Of a DNA stretch of 64,000 bases, positions 41,203-55,939 are shown piece after piece. The position numbers were made by a program, and so were the translations under genes. Every line of letters begins with the position of its first letter. Positions within the stretch are counted from its first letter, which is position 1. The notes under the pieces were generated by a model. It searched no databases, had not been told where the DNA came from, and saw nothing but the letters and a program-made list of their open reading frames with translations. The stretch comes from Nibricoccus sp. (lineage in GTDB: Bacteria; Verrucomicrobiota; Verrucomicrobiia; Opitutales; Opitutaceae), in the NCBI GenBank assembly GCA_047602425.1, contig JASGHG010000001.1, positions 384,001 to 448,000 on the forward strand, given 5' to 3'.

Positions 41203-42780
41203 ATGACTAAGGTTGCATCACCCGCCACTCATCCGGCCGACGCCACATTCTATCTTTCGGCCGATCAATTCTTCCCGGCCAGCCTGCCGACCGCTCTGAC
41301 CTTCGACGACGTCTCGCTCGCCACGCTCTACTCGGAAATCCTCCCGAAAGACGCCGATTGCTCCACCGCCCTGTCCGAAACGCTTCGCCTTCCGATTCCG
41401 ATCGTTTCGTCCGACATGGACACCGTTACTGAGTCCCGCATGGCCATCGCCATGGCACTCAACGGCGGGCTCGGTCTCATCCACTATAATATGACGCCGA
41501 AGGATCAGGTAAAGGAGATCGCCCGCGTCAAACGCCACATCCACGGCCTCATTCAAGACCCGATCACCGTCGCCCTCGACGCTTCCGTCGCCGATGTGCT
41601 CTCGATGATCGAGCAGAAGAAATTCGCTTTCTCGACTTTCCCTGTCGTCGACCGTGAAGGAAAATTGGCCGGCCTGCTCTCGGGCAATGTCGTCAAGGAA
41701 CGTTATAAGTCCAAGAAAGTTTCCGAGGTCATGACCGCTCGCGCGCAACTCGTCACCGAGTACGAGCGCAACGTCGCCAAGGACCCAATCAAGGCCGCCG
41801 ACGCTTTCTTTAACGAACACATTGGTATCAACAAAATGCTCGTGCTCGACGACACCGGCCGGCTCCGCGGCCTCGTGACCAGCTCCGACGTCGAACGCAT
41901 CACCAGTGAAGCCAAATCCCGCCGCAAGCCCGCCCGCGACGCCAACTTCCGCCTCATTGTCGGTGCCGCCCTCGCGCCTGTCCGCAAACCTTCCGGCGAT
42001 CTCGACCGCGATAAAATTGTCAGTCATGTCGGCGCATTGATGGACGAGTCCATTGACGCCGTCGCCATTTCCACCGCCCACGGCCATACCGCTGGTGTGG
42101 GTGAAATGGTTAAGATGGTCCGCAGTGCCTTCCCTTCCCTCACAATCATCGCGGGCAACGTCACCAGCGCTTCCGGGGTCGAATACCTCGCCGATTGCGG
42201 CGCCGACGCGATCAAGGTCGGCCAGGGTCCCGGCTCGATCTGTACCACGCGCATCGTCGCCGGCGTCGGCATTCCGCAACTCACCGCCCTTTACGCCGCC
42301 AGTAAAGGCGCCGCCGCCAAGGGCGTGCGCATCATTGCCGACGGCGGCATCACCAAATCCGGCGATATCGTAAAGGCCCTCACGCTCGCCGACTCCGTCA
42401 TCCTCGGCGGCCTGCTCGCCGGTTGCCGCGAAGCTCCTGGTGAAATCATGGAGATCAATGGCAAACTCTATAAACAATACCGCGGCATGGGTAGCCTCTC
42501 CGCGATGAAAGCCGGCTCCGCCGCCCGCTACGGTCACGACAAAACCGACAACACCCGCAAGCTCACCGCCGAAGGCATCGAGGCGTTGAAGGAAGTTTCC
42601 GGTTATGCCGATGACGTCCTCGCCAACCTCATCGGTGGTCTGCAAAGCGGCATGGGCTATCTCGGCGCCAAAAATCTCACCGAGCTCCGCACCCGAGCCC
42701 GCTACATTCGCGTCAGCTCCGCCGGCATGAAAGAAGCCGCGCCGCACGACGTGATCGAGGTCGCAACGCGGAAGAGCTGA
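41203..42780 (+). CDS. guaB: IMP dehydrogenase with CBS pair
   Basis: [27 protein letters not shown]. Confidence 0.93.
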   Translation: MTKVASPATHPADATFYLSADQFFPASLPTALTFDDVSLATLYSEILPKDADCSTALSETLRLPIPIVSSDMDTVTESRMAIAMALNGGLGLIHYNMTPKDQVKEIARVKRHIHGLIQDPITVALDASVADVLSMIEQKKFAFSTFPVVDREGKLAGLLSGNVVKERYKSKKVSEVMTARAQLVTEYERNVAKDPIKAADAFFNEHIGINKMLVLDDTGRLRGLVTSSDVERITSEAKSRRKPARDANFRLIVGAALAPVRKPSGDLDRDKIVSHVGALMDESIDAVAISTAHGHTAGVGEMVKMVRSAFPSLTIIAGNVTSASGVEYLADCGADAIKVGQGPGSICTTRIVAGVGIPQLTALYAASKGAAAKGVRIIADGGITKSGDIVKALTLADSVILGGLLAGCREAPGEIMEINGKLYKQYRGMGSLSAMKAGSAARYGHDKTDNTRKLTAEGIEALKEVSGYADDVLANLIGGLQSGMGYLGAKNLTELRTRARYIRVSSAGMKEAAPHDVIEVATRKS

Positions 42781-42948
42781 CGATCTTTCGTCGGGCTCAT
42801 CCGTGTCCCATGGCCGTTTTCGTTTTCGCAAGTGATCGGCTCTAGACCAGCCGATCCTTTGCCAAAATCGTCGCGCACTTTCCCTGTCTTGCGCTGTCGA
42901 CAACGCCGTGAATTTCCTTCCACATTCCGCACGCCTCGTTTGCTCCGC

Positions 42949-43659
42949 ATGAAAATCCCCGTCCTGCTCTGTCTCCTTTGTGCCCTTCTGGGCGGCTGTG
43001 CGCGCAAATCGGAACTGGAGAAAACCCGCGCCCAACTCGCCGAGGCTCAGCGCAAAATCGAACAGCTCGAAAATGAACGCGTGCCGCGGGCCCAATATGA
43101 CATCGCCCGCGCTTCGCTGCGCATCGCCGACGAACGGATTAGTACGCTCGAAAAGAACCTGAATGCCGCCTACGACTTGATGGCCGAGCAACAAATCACG
43201 CCGCCAACAGAACTCGCCTCAGCCAACAGTTCGCCGACCTCCGGCACGCCCGCGACCCCACCGACAAATTTTCACCTCGCGAACGGCGGTTACATTGTCA
43301 CCAACGACACTCACGTCTACAGCGCGGACTCGGAACTGGCTCTTGGAAAAAACTTAAAAGTCTCTTCTCCCACCGGCCTCATGGTGACCGACACCGAGCA
43401 GCGCATCGTCGGCGGCGACCTCGCCATTAAAGCCAAGGGCGTCACCATGGCGTCCGAAGACGGCCTGCTCATGACCAATGCCGACGGCACGGTGAAATTC
43501 ACCGGTTCGAACCTCACCATGAAATTTGACGAAAAGAAGGAGACGCCGAACCAGCCCGCGGAGGCACTCGCCTTGCCGCCTCAGTCCGAGCGCGCTCCCC
43601 TTCCCAGCTCCTCTCAGACGACGTCGGGATCCTCCCAAGTCGCCACGGGCAACCAGTAG
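42949..43659 (+). CDS. Putative lipoprotein (coiled coil + beta-rich C-domain)
   Basis: MK-hydrophobic-LGGC lipobox. Confidence 0.7.
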   Translation: MKIPVLLCLLCALLGGCARKSELEKTRAQLAEAQRKIEQLENERVPRAQYDIARASLRIADERISTLEKNLNAAYDLMAEQQITPPTELASANSSPTSGTPATPPTNFHLANGGYIVTNDTHVYSADSELALGKNLKVSSPTGLMVTDTEQRIVGGDLAIKAKGVTMASEDGLLMTNADGTVKFTGSNLTMKFDEKKETPNQPAEALALPPQSERAPLPSSSQTTSGSSQVATGNQ

Positions 43660-43931
43660 TAACCCGCCCTTTAGTGTGAGGTGATCATGGCTCGCCTCGG
43701 AAGCGCTTGGTCGGCGGTGTCGACCAAAACGAATCAGTTTCGAGATAACCATTTGGTTTAAGGAAACTGTCGCGCCCGCTTGGGGAGATGAAAGCTGGCA
43801 TCGCTCGCTCGTGTCCTGAGCGAAGACGACCTTTGGCACGTTCATCGAGGCAACCAAAATCCTCCGCAAAGTCTCTCCGTGTCCCTCGGAAAACCGATCC
43901 AACCGCAACCTTTCTCTCGTCTGACACATTC

Positions 43932-43947
43932 TGGCACAGGCCGTGCT
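43932..43947 (+). promoter_or_regulatory. Sigma54 promoter for amtB1-glnK1
   Basis: TGGCAC-AGGCC-GTGCT; GG-N10-GC. Confidence 0.65.
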
Positions 43948-44026
43948 CATGGAACCTCACGCTTGCCTGTCTTCCAGACCAGACCCTCAAGCAAAACTTC
44001 AACTCCTAACCACTGATTATATACGT

Positions 44027-45882
<1,856 letters not shown>

Positions 45883-45903
45883 CCTAAACCATCTCGTAGC
45901 ACC

Positions 45904-45942
45904 AAGGCCGGCGCCGCGCCTCCGCGGTAGTCGGCCTTTTTT
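45904..45942 (+). terminator. Intrinsic terminator after glnK1
   Basis: AAGGCCG..CGGCCTTTTTT. Confidence 0.7.
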
Positions 45943-46111
45943 GTTGTGGTCCCCGCTATGCCTCCTTTCACCGGCGTTACGTGCCGATCCACCTCAAATC
46001 TCCCTCAGTGGACAAAATCGACCGGTCTAACCAATAAACCTCATTTTATTAATTCATTACCAGCAAATGACTTATTTATTTCACCAATGAAAGTTAAATG
46101 AATTTCATGCA

Positions 46112-46127
46112 TGGCATTCATTTTGCT
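46112..46127 (+). promoter_or_regulatory. Sigma54 promoter for amtB2-glnK2
   Basis: TGGCAT-TCATT-TTGCT, near consensus, preceded by AT-rich tract 46030-46110. Confidence 0.75.
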
Positions 46128-46143
46128 CATGGGGCTTGTGCCT

Positions 46144-48002
<1,859 letters not shown>

Positions 48003-48054
48003 TCGAGAACCGCCACGCCGCTCCTTGAGCGGTGTGACGTTAAAATTTCAGGCC

Positions 48055-48086
48055 AAAGGCCGGCTCCGGAAAGAGCCGGCCTTTTT
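48055..48086 (+). terminator. Intrinsic terminator after glnK2
   Basis: AAAGGCCGGCTC-cggaaa-GAGCCGGCCTTTTT. Confidence 0.85.
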
Positions 48087-48152
48087 GTTGCAAAAAACAG
48101 GGCGCGTTATCCTCACAGCAAGTTGTATTCAAAGATATAAACGCGGCTTGTC

Positions 48153-48235
48153 GGTAGGGACGCCTCTCCGAGGCGGCCGCCGCGCCGTCGAAGGATCTGC
48201 AATATTGACGGACGACTCGGAGAGCCGTCCCTACC
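48153..48235. repeat. Inverted pair of GTAG-type REP elements
   Basis: GGTAGGGACGCCTCTCCGAGGCGGCC ... GGACGACTCGGAGAGCCGTCCCTACC. Confidence 0.8.
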
Positions 48236-48315
48236 AATAATCTACCGACAACGCCGTTGGCATTGCTTTGCTATTTTTGGGTGCAGCTTGTTTTAGTTTA
48301 TACAAAATTCCGCAC

Positions 48316-48347
48316 AAAAAAAGGCGCCCGGAAAACCGGGCGCCTTT
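48316..48347 (-). terminator. rpsA intrinsic terminator
   Basis: AAAAAAAGGCGCCCGG-aaaa-CCGGGCGCCTTT. Confidence 0.88.
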
Positions 48348-48378
48348 GAATTTTGTATCCGACTAACGGTTATGCTGA

Positions 48379-50049
48379 TTACTCCTTCTTGGAGGCCTCG
48401 TCGAGGATGTCGCCGAGGTTCATCATGTCGTTGCCGGCATTGCGGTTGAGCGCCTCGTAGGTGGCGGTCTCAGCGGCGAGCTGCTCGGAGCTGTAGTTGG
48501 CGGCCTTGATCGAGAGACCGAGGCGGCGTTCGTCGCGGTCGATCTTGATGACGCGGGCCGTGACTTCCTGGCCGGGCTTGAGCACGTCTTTAACCTTCTC
48601 GATGCGCTCTTCGCTGATCTGCGAGATGTGCACGAGGCCGTCGATGCCGTCCTTGAGCTCCACGAAGGCGCCGAAGGAGGTGATTTTGGTGACGGTGCCC
48701 TTGACGACGTCGCCGATCTTGAAGTGGCTGTCGATGTCGGACCACGGATCGGTCGCGAGCTGCTTCATGCCAAGGCTGATGCGCTGCTGGGAAGGATCGA
48801 CGTCGAGCACGATCGCGTCGACTTCGTCGGCCTTCTTGAGCATTTCGCTCGGGTGATTGACCTTGCGGGTCCAGCTCATGTCGGAGACGTGAACCATGCC
48901 ATCGATGCCCTCTTCGAGTTCGATGAAGGCGCCGTAGGTGGTCATGTTGCGAACCTTGCCGCGAACACGAGCGCCGATCGGGTAGTTGTGGCGAACCATG
49001 TCCCAAGGATTTGGTTCGAGCTGGCGCAGGCCGAGCGAGATCTTCTGCTCTTCCTTCTGGATGCCGAGGACAACCGCATCGAGCTCCTGGCCGACTTTGA
49101 GAACTTCGGAGGGCTTCGAAATGCGCTTCGTCCAGGACATCTCGGTGATGTGCACGAGACCTTCGACGCCGGGTTCGATTTCGATGAACGCACCGTAGGG
49201 AACCAGGTTGACGACCTTGCCGCGAACTTTGGCGCCGACAGGGAACTTGTGTTCGATGTCGTCCCAAGGATTCTTGGTGGTCTGCTTGAGACCGAGGGAA
49301 ACGCGCTCTTTTTCGCGGTTAACCTCGATGATCATGACCTGGATTTCCTCACCCTGTTTGAGCATTTCGCTCGGGTGCGTGATGCGGCCCCAGCTCATGT
49401 CGGTGATGTGGAGAAGGCCGTCCATACCGTCGAGATCGATGAACGCACCGAAGTCGGTGATGTTCTTCACGACGCCCTTGCGGACCTGGCCGGGCTGGAT
49501 CGTATCCAACAAAGCACGACGTTTGTCGGTGCGCTGTTGTTCGATTAGTTCGCGGCGGGAAAGAACGATGTTCTTACGGTCGAGATTGATTTTGAGAACC
49601 TTGAAATCGTAGGTCTGGCCGACGTACTGGTCGAGGTTCTTGGGAGGCTGCACATCGATGTGCGAAGCCGGGAGGAAGGAATCGACGCCGATCGAAACGA
49701 TCAGGCCGCCCTTGACCTTGGCCTTCACGCGACCCGCGGCGATGGAGCCTTCCGGGAACTTCGTGAGGATGTTGTCCCAATTTTTCTTCTGTTCGGCTTT
49801 GTCGAACGAGAGGATGGGAGCGCCGCTCTTGTCTTCGAGTTTCTCGACATAAACGTCGATCGAAGAGCCGATCTGAAGATCGCCGAGATCGATGAACTCG
49901 TTGGCGGGAATGACGCCTTCGGATTTACCGCCGATGTCGACGACAACTTCATTCTGGCGGATTTCGGTGATGGTACCGGGGACGATGGAGCCTTCTTTAA
50001 GTTTATCGAAGGCGGACTGCGCGAGCAGTTCTTGCATTACTGAACTCAT
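48379..50049 (-). CDS. rpsA: 30S ribosomal protein S1
   Basis: Six S1 domains (DGLLHITDMSW, EGLVHITEMSW etc.). Confidence 0.97.
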   Translation of the reverse strand: MSSVMQELLAQSAFDKLKEGSIVPGTITEIRQNEVVVDIGGKSEGVIPANEFIDLGDLQIGSSIDVYVEKLEDKSGAPILSFDKAEQKKNWDNILTKFPEGSIAAGRVKAKVKGGLIVSIGVDSFLPASHIDVQPPKNLDQYVGQTYDFKVLKINLDRKNIVLSRRELIEQQRTDKRRALLDTIQPGQVRKGVVKNITDFGAFIDLDGMDGLLHITDMSWGRITHPSEMLKQGEEIQVMIIEVNREKERVSLGLKQTTKNPWDDIEHKFPVGAKVRGKVVNLVPYGAFIEIEPGVEGLVHITEMSWTKRISKPSEVLKVGQELDAVVLGIQKEEQKISLGLRQLEPNPWDMVRHNYPIGARVRGKVRNMTTYGAFIELEEGIDGMVHVSDMSWTRKVNHPSEMLKKADEVDAIVLDVDPSQQRISLGMKQLATDPWSDIDSHFKIGDVVKGTVTKITSFGAFVELKDGIDGLVHISQISEERIEKVKDVLKPGQEVTARVIKIDRDERRLGLSIKAANYSSEQLAAETATYEALNRNAGNDMMNLGDILDEASKKE

Positions 50050-50344
50050 GTGAACGATGCGAAACGCCGCCGCCCTTGCTCCTTGGCACCGGCCTTCCGC
50101 GCTGACCCGTGAGGGTCGTGGGTTGAAGGTTTGACTGACGTGTAGGACCAACGGGAGCAATGCGGCGCGTTGGCCTGAATCGAAAGAACAGCCGCAAACC
50201 GCCAGACTCTCGAAGCCCCCTGCCCTCCGCAAGAGGAAAAACCGGGATTTTCATTTATGAAAACTCCTACTTCGACGGGCGTGCTGGATGTGCTTACACC
50301 GCGCGTTCAAATACTTCCGCAACAAACCTCCGCACGTTGCCGCT

Positions 50345-50773
50345 TTAACCGCCCGTGGCGCGGACCACCAGAATCGGAATTGCGGTGTTGTGGCGCACTT
50401 TTTCGATCGTGCTGCCGTGGATCAAATCGCCGATCAATTTGTGGCCGTGTGAGGTCATCGCGATCAGATCGCAGCCGTGCGTGACACTCACCTTCAGGAT
50501 TTCCTGCGGCGGGTTTCCCATCGCAAGCGCGGTCTGCACACTGAGGCCTTTTTCCCGCAACTGCGTCGCTCTCGTTTCCAGATAGGCGCGGTCGGCTTTG
50601 ATTTCTTCGGACTCCGCAAGTTTCAACTGATCGAAATTCCGCGCCGCCCAACCATCTGCCACATGTAAAAGTAATAATTCCGCGCCGACGATTGTTGCCA
50701 ACTGGGCCACATGTGGAAGCAGCGAAGTGTCGGCCTTGTCGTTTTCCAGCGCTACGAGAATTTTGCGGTACAT
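50345..50773 (-). CDS. Universal stress protein
   Basis: MYRKILVAL, DLIAMTSHGH, GST, IPILVV. Confidence 0.9.
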   Translation of the reverse strand: MYRKILVALENDKADTSLLPHVAQLATIVGAELLLLHVADGWAARNFDQLKLAESEEIKADRAYLETRATQLREKGLSVQTALAMGNPPQEILKVSVTHGCDLIAMTSHGHKLIGDLIHGSTIEKVRHNTAIPILVVRATGG

Positions 50774-50789
50774 AGCGTAAAGCTTCAGG

Positions 50790-52190
50790 TTACTTCGACG
50801 CCGAAAAGAAATCGATCAGGAGTTTTGTATTCAGTCCCACGATAACCACAGTCGTGATCCATGCGAGAACCTTGATCCAAACCGGATTCACGAATTGCCC
50901 CATCATCTTGCGATTGCTGGTGAACATGACGAGCGGGATCACCGCAAACGGCAGCTGCAAGCTCAATATAACCTGACTCAACACCAGAAGCTTCGCCGTG
51001 CCACCCTCGCCGTAGAGCGCCGTGCAAATCACCGCCGGCACGATCGCGATCAATCGCGTGATCAGTCGCCGCAACCACGGCCTCAGCCGCAAATTCAGGA
51101 AGCCTTCCATCACAATCTGTCCTGCAAGCGTGCCGGTCAGCGTCGAGTTTTGTCCCGAGGCCAGCAGCGCGAGCGCAAAAAGCGTGCTCGCAACGCCGAC
51201 GCCGAGCATGGGCGAAAGCAATTGATACGCGTCCTGAATTTCCGCCACATCGTGACGCCCCTGTGTGTGAAACGTCGCCGCCGCCACGATCAAGATGCCA
51301 CCGTTGATGAAGAGCGCCATCATCAGCGCGATCGTGGAATCGAGCGTGGCAAACTTGATCGCCTCGGCCTTGCCCGCCGTATTCTGTTCGTATTTGCGCG
51401 TCTGCACAATCGACGAGTGCAAATAGAGATTATGCGGCATCACCGTCGCACCGAGAATGCCGATGGCCACGTAGAGCATCGCGGGATTTTTCACGATTTC
51501 CGCCGAAGGCACAAAGCCTCCGAGCACAGCCATAACCTCTGGCTTGGAGAAAAGAATTTCCAAGCCAAAGCAGACAGCGATGACCGCCATGAGCGCGATG
51601 ACCATGGATTCCAAAACGCGAAAACCTTTATGCGCGAGGTAAAGCACAAGCATCACGTCGAGCGCCGTGAGACACACGCCCCACACGAGCGGAATGCCAA
51701 ACAACAGGTTCAACGCAATCGCCGTGCCGATCACTTCCGCCAGATCGCAGGCGCAAATCGCGATTTCACACAACACCCACAACGCCATCGAAACAGGCTT
51801 CGAGTAATGATCCCTGCAAGCCTGAGCCAGATCGCGCCCCGTCACGATGCCAAGCTTCGCGCATAGCGACTGAAGGAGGATCGCCATCAGGTTCGAAATC
51901 AAAATGACGCTCAACAAAGTGTAACCGAACTGCGAACCACCGGCAAGATCGGTGGCCCAGTTGCCGGGATCCATGTAGCCAACCGCCACGAGGTACCCCG
52001 GGCCCGAAAAGGCCAGGAGCTTCCGCCAAAAGCCGATCGCCTTCGACACCTCCACCGTGCGGTGAACTTCTGGCAGCGAACGATCCTCGTGAACGAGCGG
52101 TGCGGGCATGGCCGTCGCCGTTGCGGCCGACACGGCTCCGGCACCTTGTCTATCTTCCGGTATATTCAGGTCAGGTTTTTCTAGCTTCAT
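50790..52190 (-). CDS. mntH: NRAMP Mn2+/H+ transporter
   Basis: [28 protein letters not shown]. Confidence 0.96.
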   Translation of the reverse strand: MKLEKPDLNIPEDRQGAGAVSAATATAMPAPLVHEDRSLPEVHRTVEVSKAIGFWRKLLAFSGPGYLVAVGYMDPGNWATDLAGGSQFGYTLLSVILISNLMAILLQSLCAKLGIVTGRDLAQACRDHYSKPVSMALWVLCEIAICACDLAEVIGTAIALNLLFGIPLVWGVCLTALDVMLVLYLAHKGFRVLESMVIALMAVIAVCFGLEILFSKPEVMAVLGGFVPSAEIVKNPAMLYVAIGILGATVMPHNLYLHSSIVQTRKYEQNTAGKAEAIKFATLDSTIALMMALFINGGILIVAAATFHTQGRHDVAEIQDAYQLLSPMLGVGVASTLFALALLASGQNSTLTGTLAGQIVMEGFLNLRLRPWLRRLITRLIAIVPAVICTALYGEGGTAKLLVLSQVILSLQLPFAVIPLVMFTSNRKMMGQFVNPVWIKVLAWITTVVIVGLNTKLLIDFFSASK

Positions 52191-52198
52191 CTTAACTT

Positions 52199-52214
52199 TG
52201 TAGCATAAGCTACA
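52199..52214. promoter_or_regulatory. MntR operator candidate
   Basis: Perfect dyad TGTAGC-ATAA-GCTACA between divergent mntH and mntR; TAGC-N4-GCTA core as in the enterobacterial MntR box. Confidence 0.75.
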
Positions 52215-52266
52215 TTTTGATTTCTGCTATTGTCAAGTCTGCCGGCGTTACATTTTCATTCCCTCG

Positions 52267-52728
52267 ATGCCCCGCCCTCCGTCCAAGCCCGCCGCCGCCA
52301 GCGCCAAGCTCATTCCGAGCGACCCGGCACGCACGCGTAATGAGCATGCGCAGGAAACGGCTCAGGATTACGTCGAGATGATCGCCAAACTCATTGACGA
52401 AACGGGCGAGGCCCGGGTGACCGATCTGGCGCGCCAACTCGGCGTGACACACGTCACGGTCAATCGCACGATTCAGCGATTGCGACGCGACGGGCTTGTC
52501 ACCGCCCTGCCCTATCGCTCGATTTTTTTGACCGAGATCGGGCGCAAACTTTCCGACGAATCACGTCAGCGCCACGAAATCGTCGGCGCATTTCTTGAGT
52601 CACTCGGCGTTCCTGCGGAGATTGCACAAGCCGATGCCGAGGGCATCGAGCATCACGTAAGCAAGGAGACATTGAAAGCCTTTGTCCGCCATCTGAAGCG
52701 CACTGACTCCACGTCGCGTCCGAAGTGA
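52267..52728 (+). CDS. mntR: Mn-dependent DtxR-family regulator
   Basis: DYVEMI, wHTH, RHEIV, DAEGIEHHVS. Confidence 0.93.
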   Translation: MPRPPSKPAAASAKLIPSDPARTRNEHAQETAQDYVEMIAKLIDETGEARVTDLARQLGVTHVTVNRTIQRLRRDGLVTALPYRSIFLTEIGRKLSDESRQRHEIVGAFLESLGVPAEIAQADAEGIEHHVSKETLKAFVRHLKRTDSTSRPK

Positions 52729-52985
52729 CTTCGGTAGCGGCGTGGTTTGGTTCGCGGTGTTGAGGGTGCCAATCGCTGTGGCTGTCTGCGGAGCGTGGGT
52801 TTCAAATAGGATAGTGGGATCGCGCCTCACGACGGGGGCAGATTTCCCTCGCAAGCTCGACTTGGTCGGGCCGTTTTACGGGCGGTGGTCGCTACATTTT
52901 CCGCAGACCACTCCGCACGCATTCCCTCAATCGCTCTGTCGCGATAGAGCGTTTTTAAAAATGTCATAGCCGCACAACTCCGGCT

Positions 52986-53056
52986 GTAGGGGCGCAGTCT
53001 TGCTGCGCCCGGTTTGGCTTTGCCACAGAAAGGGCGCAGCAAGACTGCGCCCCTAC
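52986..53056. repeat. Perfect inverted pair of 25-bp GTAG-type REP elements
   Basis: GTAGGGGCGCAGTCTTGCTGCGCCC (52986-53010) and exact reverse complement (53032-53056). Confidence 0.88.
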
Positions 53057-53134
53057 GAAGACAGCTCGGTTTGTAACACCGATTTACGGCTACAGTTTTA
53101 TTGTGTGTGCTCTAGGTTCAGTTTATAAAATACA

Positions 53135-53218
53135 GCAGCCGGGCTTTTCAGCCCGGCTGCCACATATACTAACCACCCACTAGCCTTTGTTTCGTCCACC
53201 CACAGCGGACGAAACAAA
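53135..53218 (-). terminator. Two hairpins downstream of TBDR gene; distal one likely terminator
   Basis: GCAGCCGGGCT-tttc-AGCCCGGCTGC (53135-53160); TTTGTTTCGTCC-9-GGACGAAACAAA (53186-53218). Confidence 0.65.
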
Positions 53219-53236
53219 CGGTCTTTCGACCAAGTC

Positions 53237-55714
53237 TCAGAAAGTATATGAAATCGTGCTCTTAAAGGTGCGCGGAGTGCCGACCACGAGCGAACCACGG
53301 CTGCCGGCGGCGAGGATATATTCCTTGTCGGTCAGGTTCATGATCGTGACCGAAGCGGCCCAATGCGCGATCTTATAGGAGAAGCCAAGGTTAGCGAGCG
53401 TACGCGCGCCGACCACGAAGGAAGGTTTGACCGGCATCGGGGTGTGGCCGCGGGCCACGATGAAACCGGTGGCATTTTCGCCAGCAACGTCTCCCTTGTA
53501 ATCAATACCGAAGTTGATGCCGAACCCTTTCATAGCTCCATCGACGAATTTGTAGTCGACGTAGCCGCCGTAGGCGAGATCGGGCATGCCGCGCACGCGG
53601 GTATTGGTGATGGGCTGGCGGACTTTGTAATCGGTGATGTTGCCAACGACGGTCAGGCCTTTGCGCATCGAATAGGTAGCCTCGAACTCCCATCCTTTGG
53701 AGGTGAGATCGAGATAGAGGGGCGTTAGCGCATTGGCAGCAGCGATGTCGCCGAGCGAGATCAGGCGGTAGTATTCGCTGTTGGTCGTGGCGACGTTTTG
53801 CTGCGCGATATCGAAGTAGGCAAACGACGTGGTCAGCCGGCCGTCGAGGAAATTGGTTTTGAAACCGTATTCCTTCTGGCTGCCCACGGCAAGCGGTAGG
53901 CCGGGGGTCGTATTGCCGGCTTGGAGCGAACCTGGCATGGCGGCACCCGTCGTATTGCGACTGAAAAATAGCGATACCTGCTTGATCGGCTTCACGACGA
54001 TGCCAAAGGAGGTGGCGTTGCTGGTGGCATTGAACGCGGGATTGGTGAGCGTCTGGGGTGCGGTGGGGTTGTTCACCGGATGGTATCCCGGGTTCGGTAT
54101 GGTGAAACTGACTGTACCGTTGTTATCATCGCGGGTGAGTTCGCCGAAATAGCGCGAGACACCACCGGAGACTTGGATACGGTCCTGCCAAACACTGAGC
54201 GTTTCATAAACAAATGTCTGGAGATCCTTCAAAACACCGGTCTTGTCCGTGCCGAAGCCCTGCGTGCTGGTGCCAGGGCGGATGTCGGCGTAGTTGTAAG
54301 CCGGATACGTGATGCTGGCCAGATTGTTGGCCGGGACCGCTGGACGCCCAGCCGGTGCCCAGGATTGGAAACGCACACGAGAGGCATTCGCAGTGAGGCC
54401 GGCGATTGTTGTGGACTTGAAATTTTTGCCGCCGAATTTCGCAGCGTAGTCGTTTTTCAAGTGGGCCTCAGTGTAGTCGAGATCGACTTTGCCGTTGTTG
54501 CGGGTGTAAACCCAAGTCGATGGATCGGTGATCGGAACGGGCGTGCCGGTCAAGACCACGGTACCTGTCAGGTCGTTATTGAAAGCGTTCGTATTCCAGT
54601 TGACGCCGGGCTCATATTCGCCGGTCAGAGGATTGACGCTGCCGCCGCCCGACTGGGTGAGGCCGGCCGCAGTGCCACCGACATCGTGGCGGTGCACGTG
54701 ATCAACCATGAACAGGAGGCGCGAGCTGACGTTCTGGTTGAGCTCGGAAATTAACTCGGCGCTGAGGCGCTGCGTGGTGCGTTTGCGGCTGTCGATATCA
54801 TTGCCAAACTGCCAATCGCGGGGAAGGCCGCGGGCAATCTGAGCCACACCACCATAACCAATACTAGGATCTATCGGCAGGCCGCCGAGGTTAGTCTCGC
54901 GGTTGAGGACAACATCGGCCTTGACCGTGAGTTTGCTGGCAGGCGAAACCTGATAGGAGAACGACGGTGAAATCTCGTAGCCCTTGCGGAAATGGTCCTT
55001 GATGTAGAATTCGCTATTCCAGTAGGCGGCGACGAGGCGGGCGGCCATCTTGCCGTCCTTGGTAAGGACACGGTTGACGTCGAACCAGACGTCACGCCCC
55101 ATATTGGGCGAGTAGTCAATGGTCACGCTCGCGGCGTTTTTGGACAGTGGGGCTTTTGTGATCGGATTGATCACACCACCGGGACTGCCACCGGGAACGA
55201 GAATGGAATTAGGACCCTTGATGACTTCGAGGCGCTCGATGTTGTAGGGCGCTTGCGACATGCTGTAACCGTCCGCGCCAGAGATCATGGTACCGTCGAT
55301 AAACTCGGCCGAAACCATGAAGCCACGAATCGAGTAACGGTCGCCGCCGAAGGGAAGCGTGGATTCCTGCACCGGCGTGACGTACTTGGCTGTATCCAGC
55401 ATTCGGTTACCTTTCGTGTCTTCCATTAGTTCCTTTGGAATAACCGAAATAGTCTGGGGAATATCCACGATAGCCGTGGCAATACGCGAAGCGGAGAGCG
55501 CTTGTTGCGATTGATAGCGGTTGCCGCTCTCGGCGGTGATTTCAAACTTTGGCAATTCCACGGCCTGATCTTCGTTCAGCGTTGCAGTGGTGCTCGTGCC
55601 TGGAGTCGTCACGGCCGTCTGGCCGTAAGCTAAACAACCCGCGCCACAAATAACAGCGAGGGAGAATCCGCGCAGAATGGCGCGTGCATGTGTAGTAGGG
55701 TTTGTCGGTGTCAT
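53237..55714 (-). CDS. TonB-dependent receptor
   Basis: Signal peptide, DIPQTISVI, IRGF, NIERLEVIKGP plug motif, terminal YTF. Confidence 0.92.
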   Translation of the reverse strand: MTPTNPTTHARAILRGFSLAVICGAGCLAYGQTAVTTPGTSTTATLNEDQAVELPKFEITAESGNRYQSQQALSASRIATAIVDIPQTISVIPKELMEDTKGNRMLDTAKYVTPVQESTLPFGGDRYSIRGFMVSAEFIDGTMISGADGYSMSQAPYNIERLEVIKGPNSILVPGGSPGGVINPITKAPLSKNAASVTIDYSPNMGRDVWFDVNRVLTKDGKMAARLVAAYWNSEFYIKDHFRKGYEISPSFSYQVSPASKLTVKADVVLNRETNLGGLPIDPSIGYGGVAQIARGLPRDWQFGNDIDSRKRTTQRLSAELISELNQNVSSRLLFMVDHVHRHDVGGTAAGLTQSGGGSVNPLTGEYEPGVNWNTNAFNNDLTGTVVLTGTPVPITDPSTWVYTRNNGKVDLDYTEAHLKNDYAAKFGGKNFKSTTIAGLTANASRVRFQSWAPAGRPAVPANNLASITYPAYNYADIRPGTSTQGFGTDKTGVLKDLQTFVYETLSVWQDRIQVSGGVSRYFGELTRDDNNGTVSFTIPNPGYHPVNNPTAPQTLTNPAFNATSNATSFGIVVKPIKQVSLFFSRNTTGAAMPGSLQAGNTTPGLPLAVGSQKEYGFKTNFLDGRLTTSFAYFDIAQQNVATTNSEYYRLISLGDIAAANALTPLYLDLTSKGWEFEATYSMRKGLTVVGNITDYKVRQPITNTRVRGMPDLAYGGYVDYKFVDGAMKGFGINFGIDYKGDVAGENATGFIVARGHTPMPVKPSFVVGARTLANLGFSYKIAHWAASVTIMNLTDKEYILAAGSRGSLVVGTPRTFKSTISYTF

Positions 55715-55939
55715 GGGATTTCGGTAGGGAAATTGCTCGGTCCTGATTTGGATCTTTGGGTAAAAAATTATGCGGACAGAGCCTCGTTCTTGGCATGTGC
55801 GTGCGGGGAACCGGCAGGCAGGGAAAACATCTTGAGGGGCGGTCGCACTTTTTGTGGAGCGAGGGAGGGGTGTGGTGATTTGAGTAAGAAAAATGATTGC
55901 GTTCGTTTCGCGACTGCTTGGACTGCCGAACAGTTCGGC

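Noticed and set aside
41218..43194. 658-aa minus-strand ORF
   Set aside because: Antisense shadow of guaB in high-GC DNA; no recognisable motifs.
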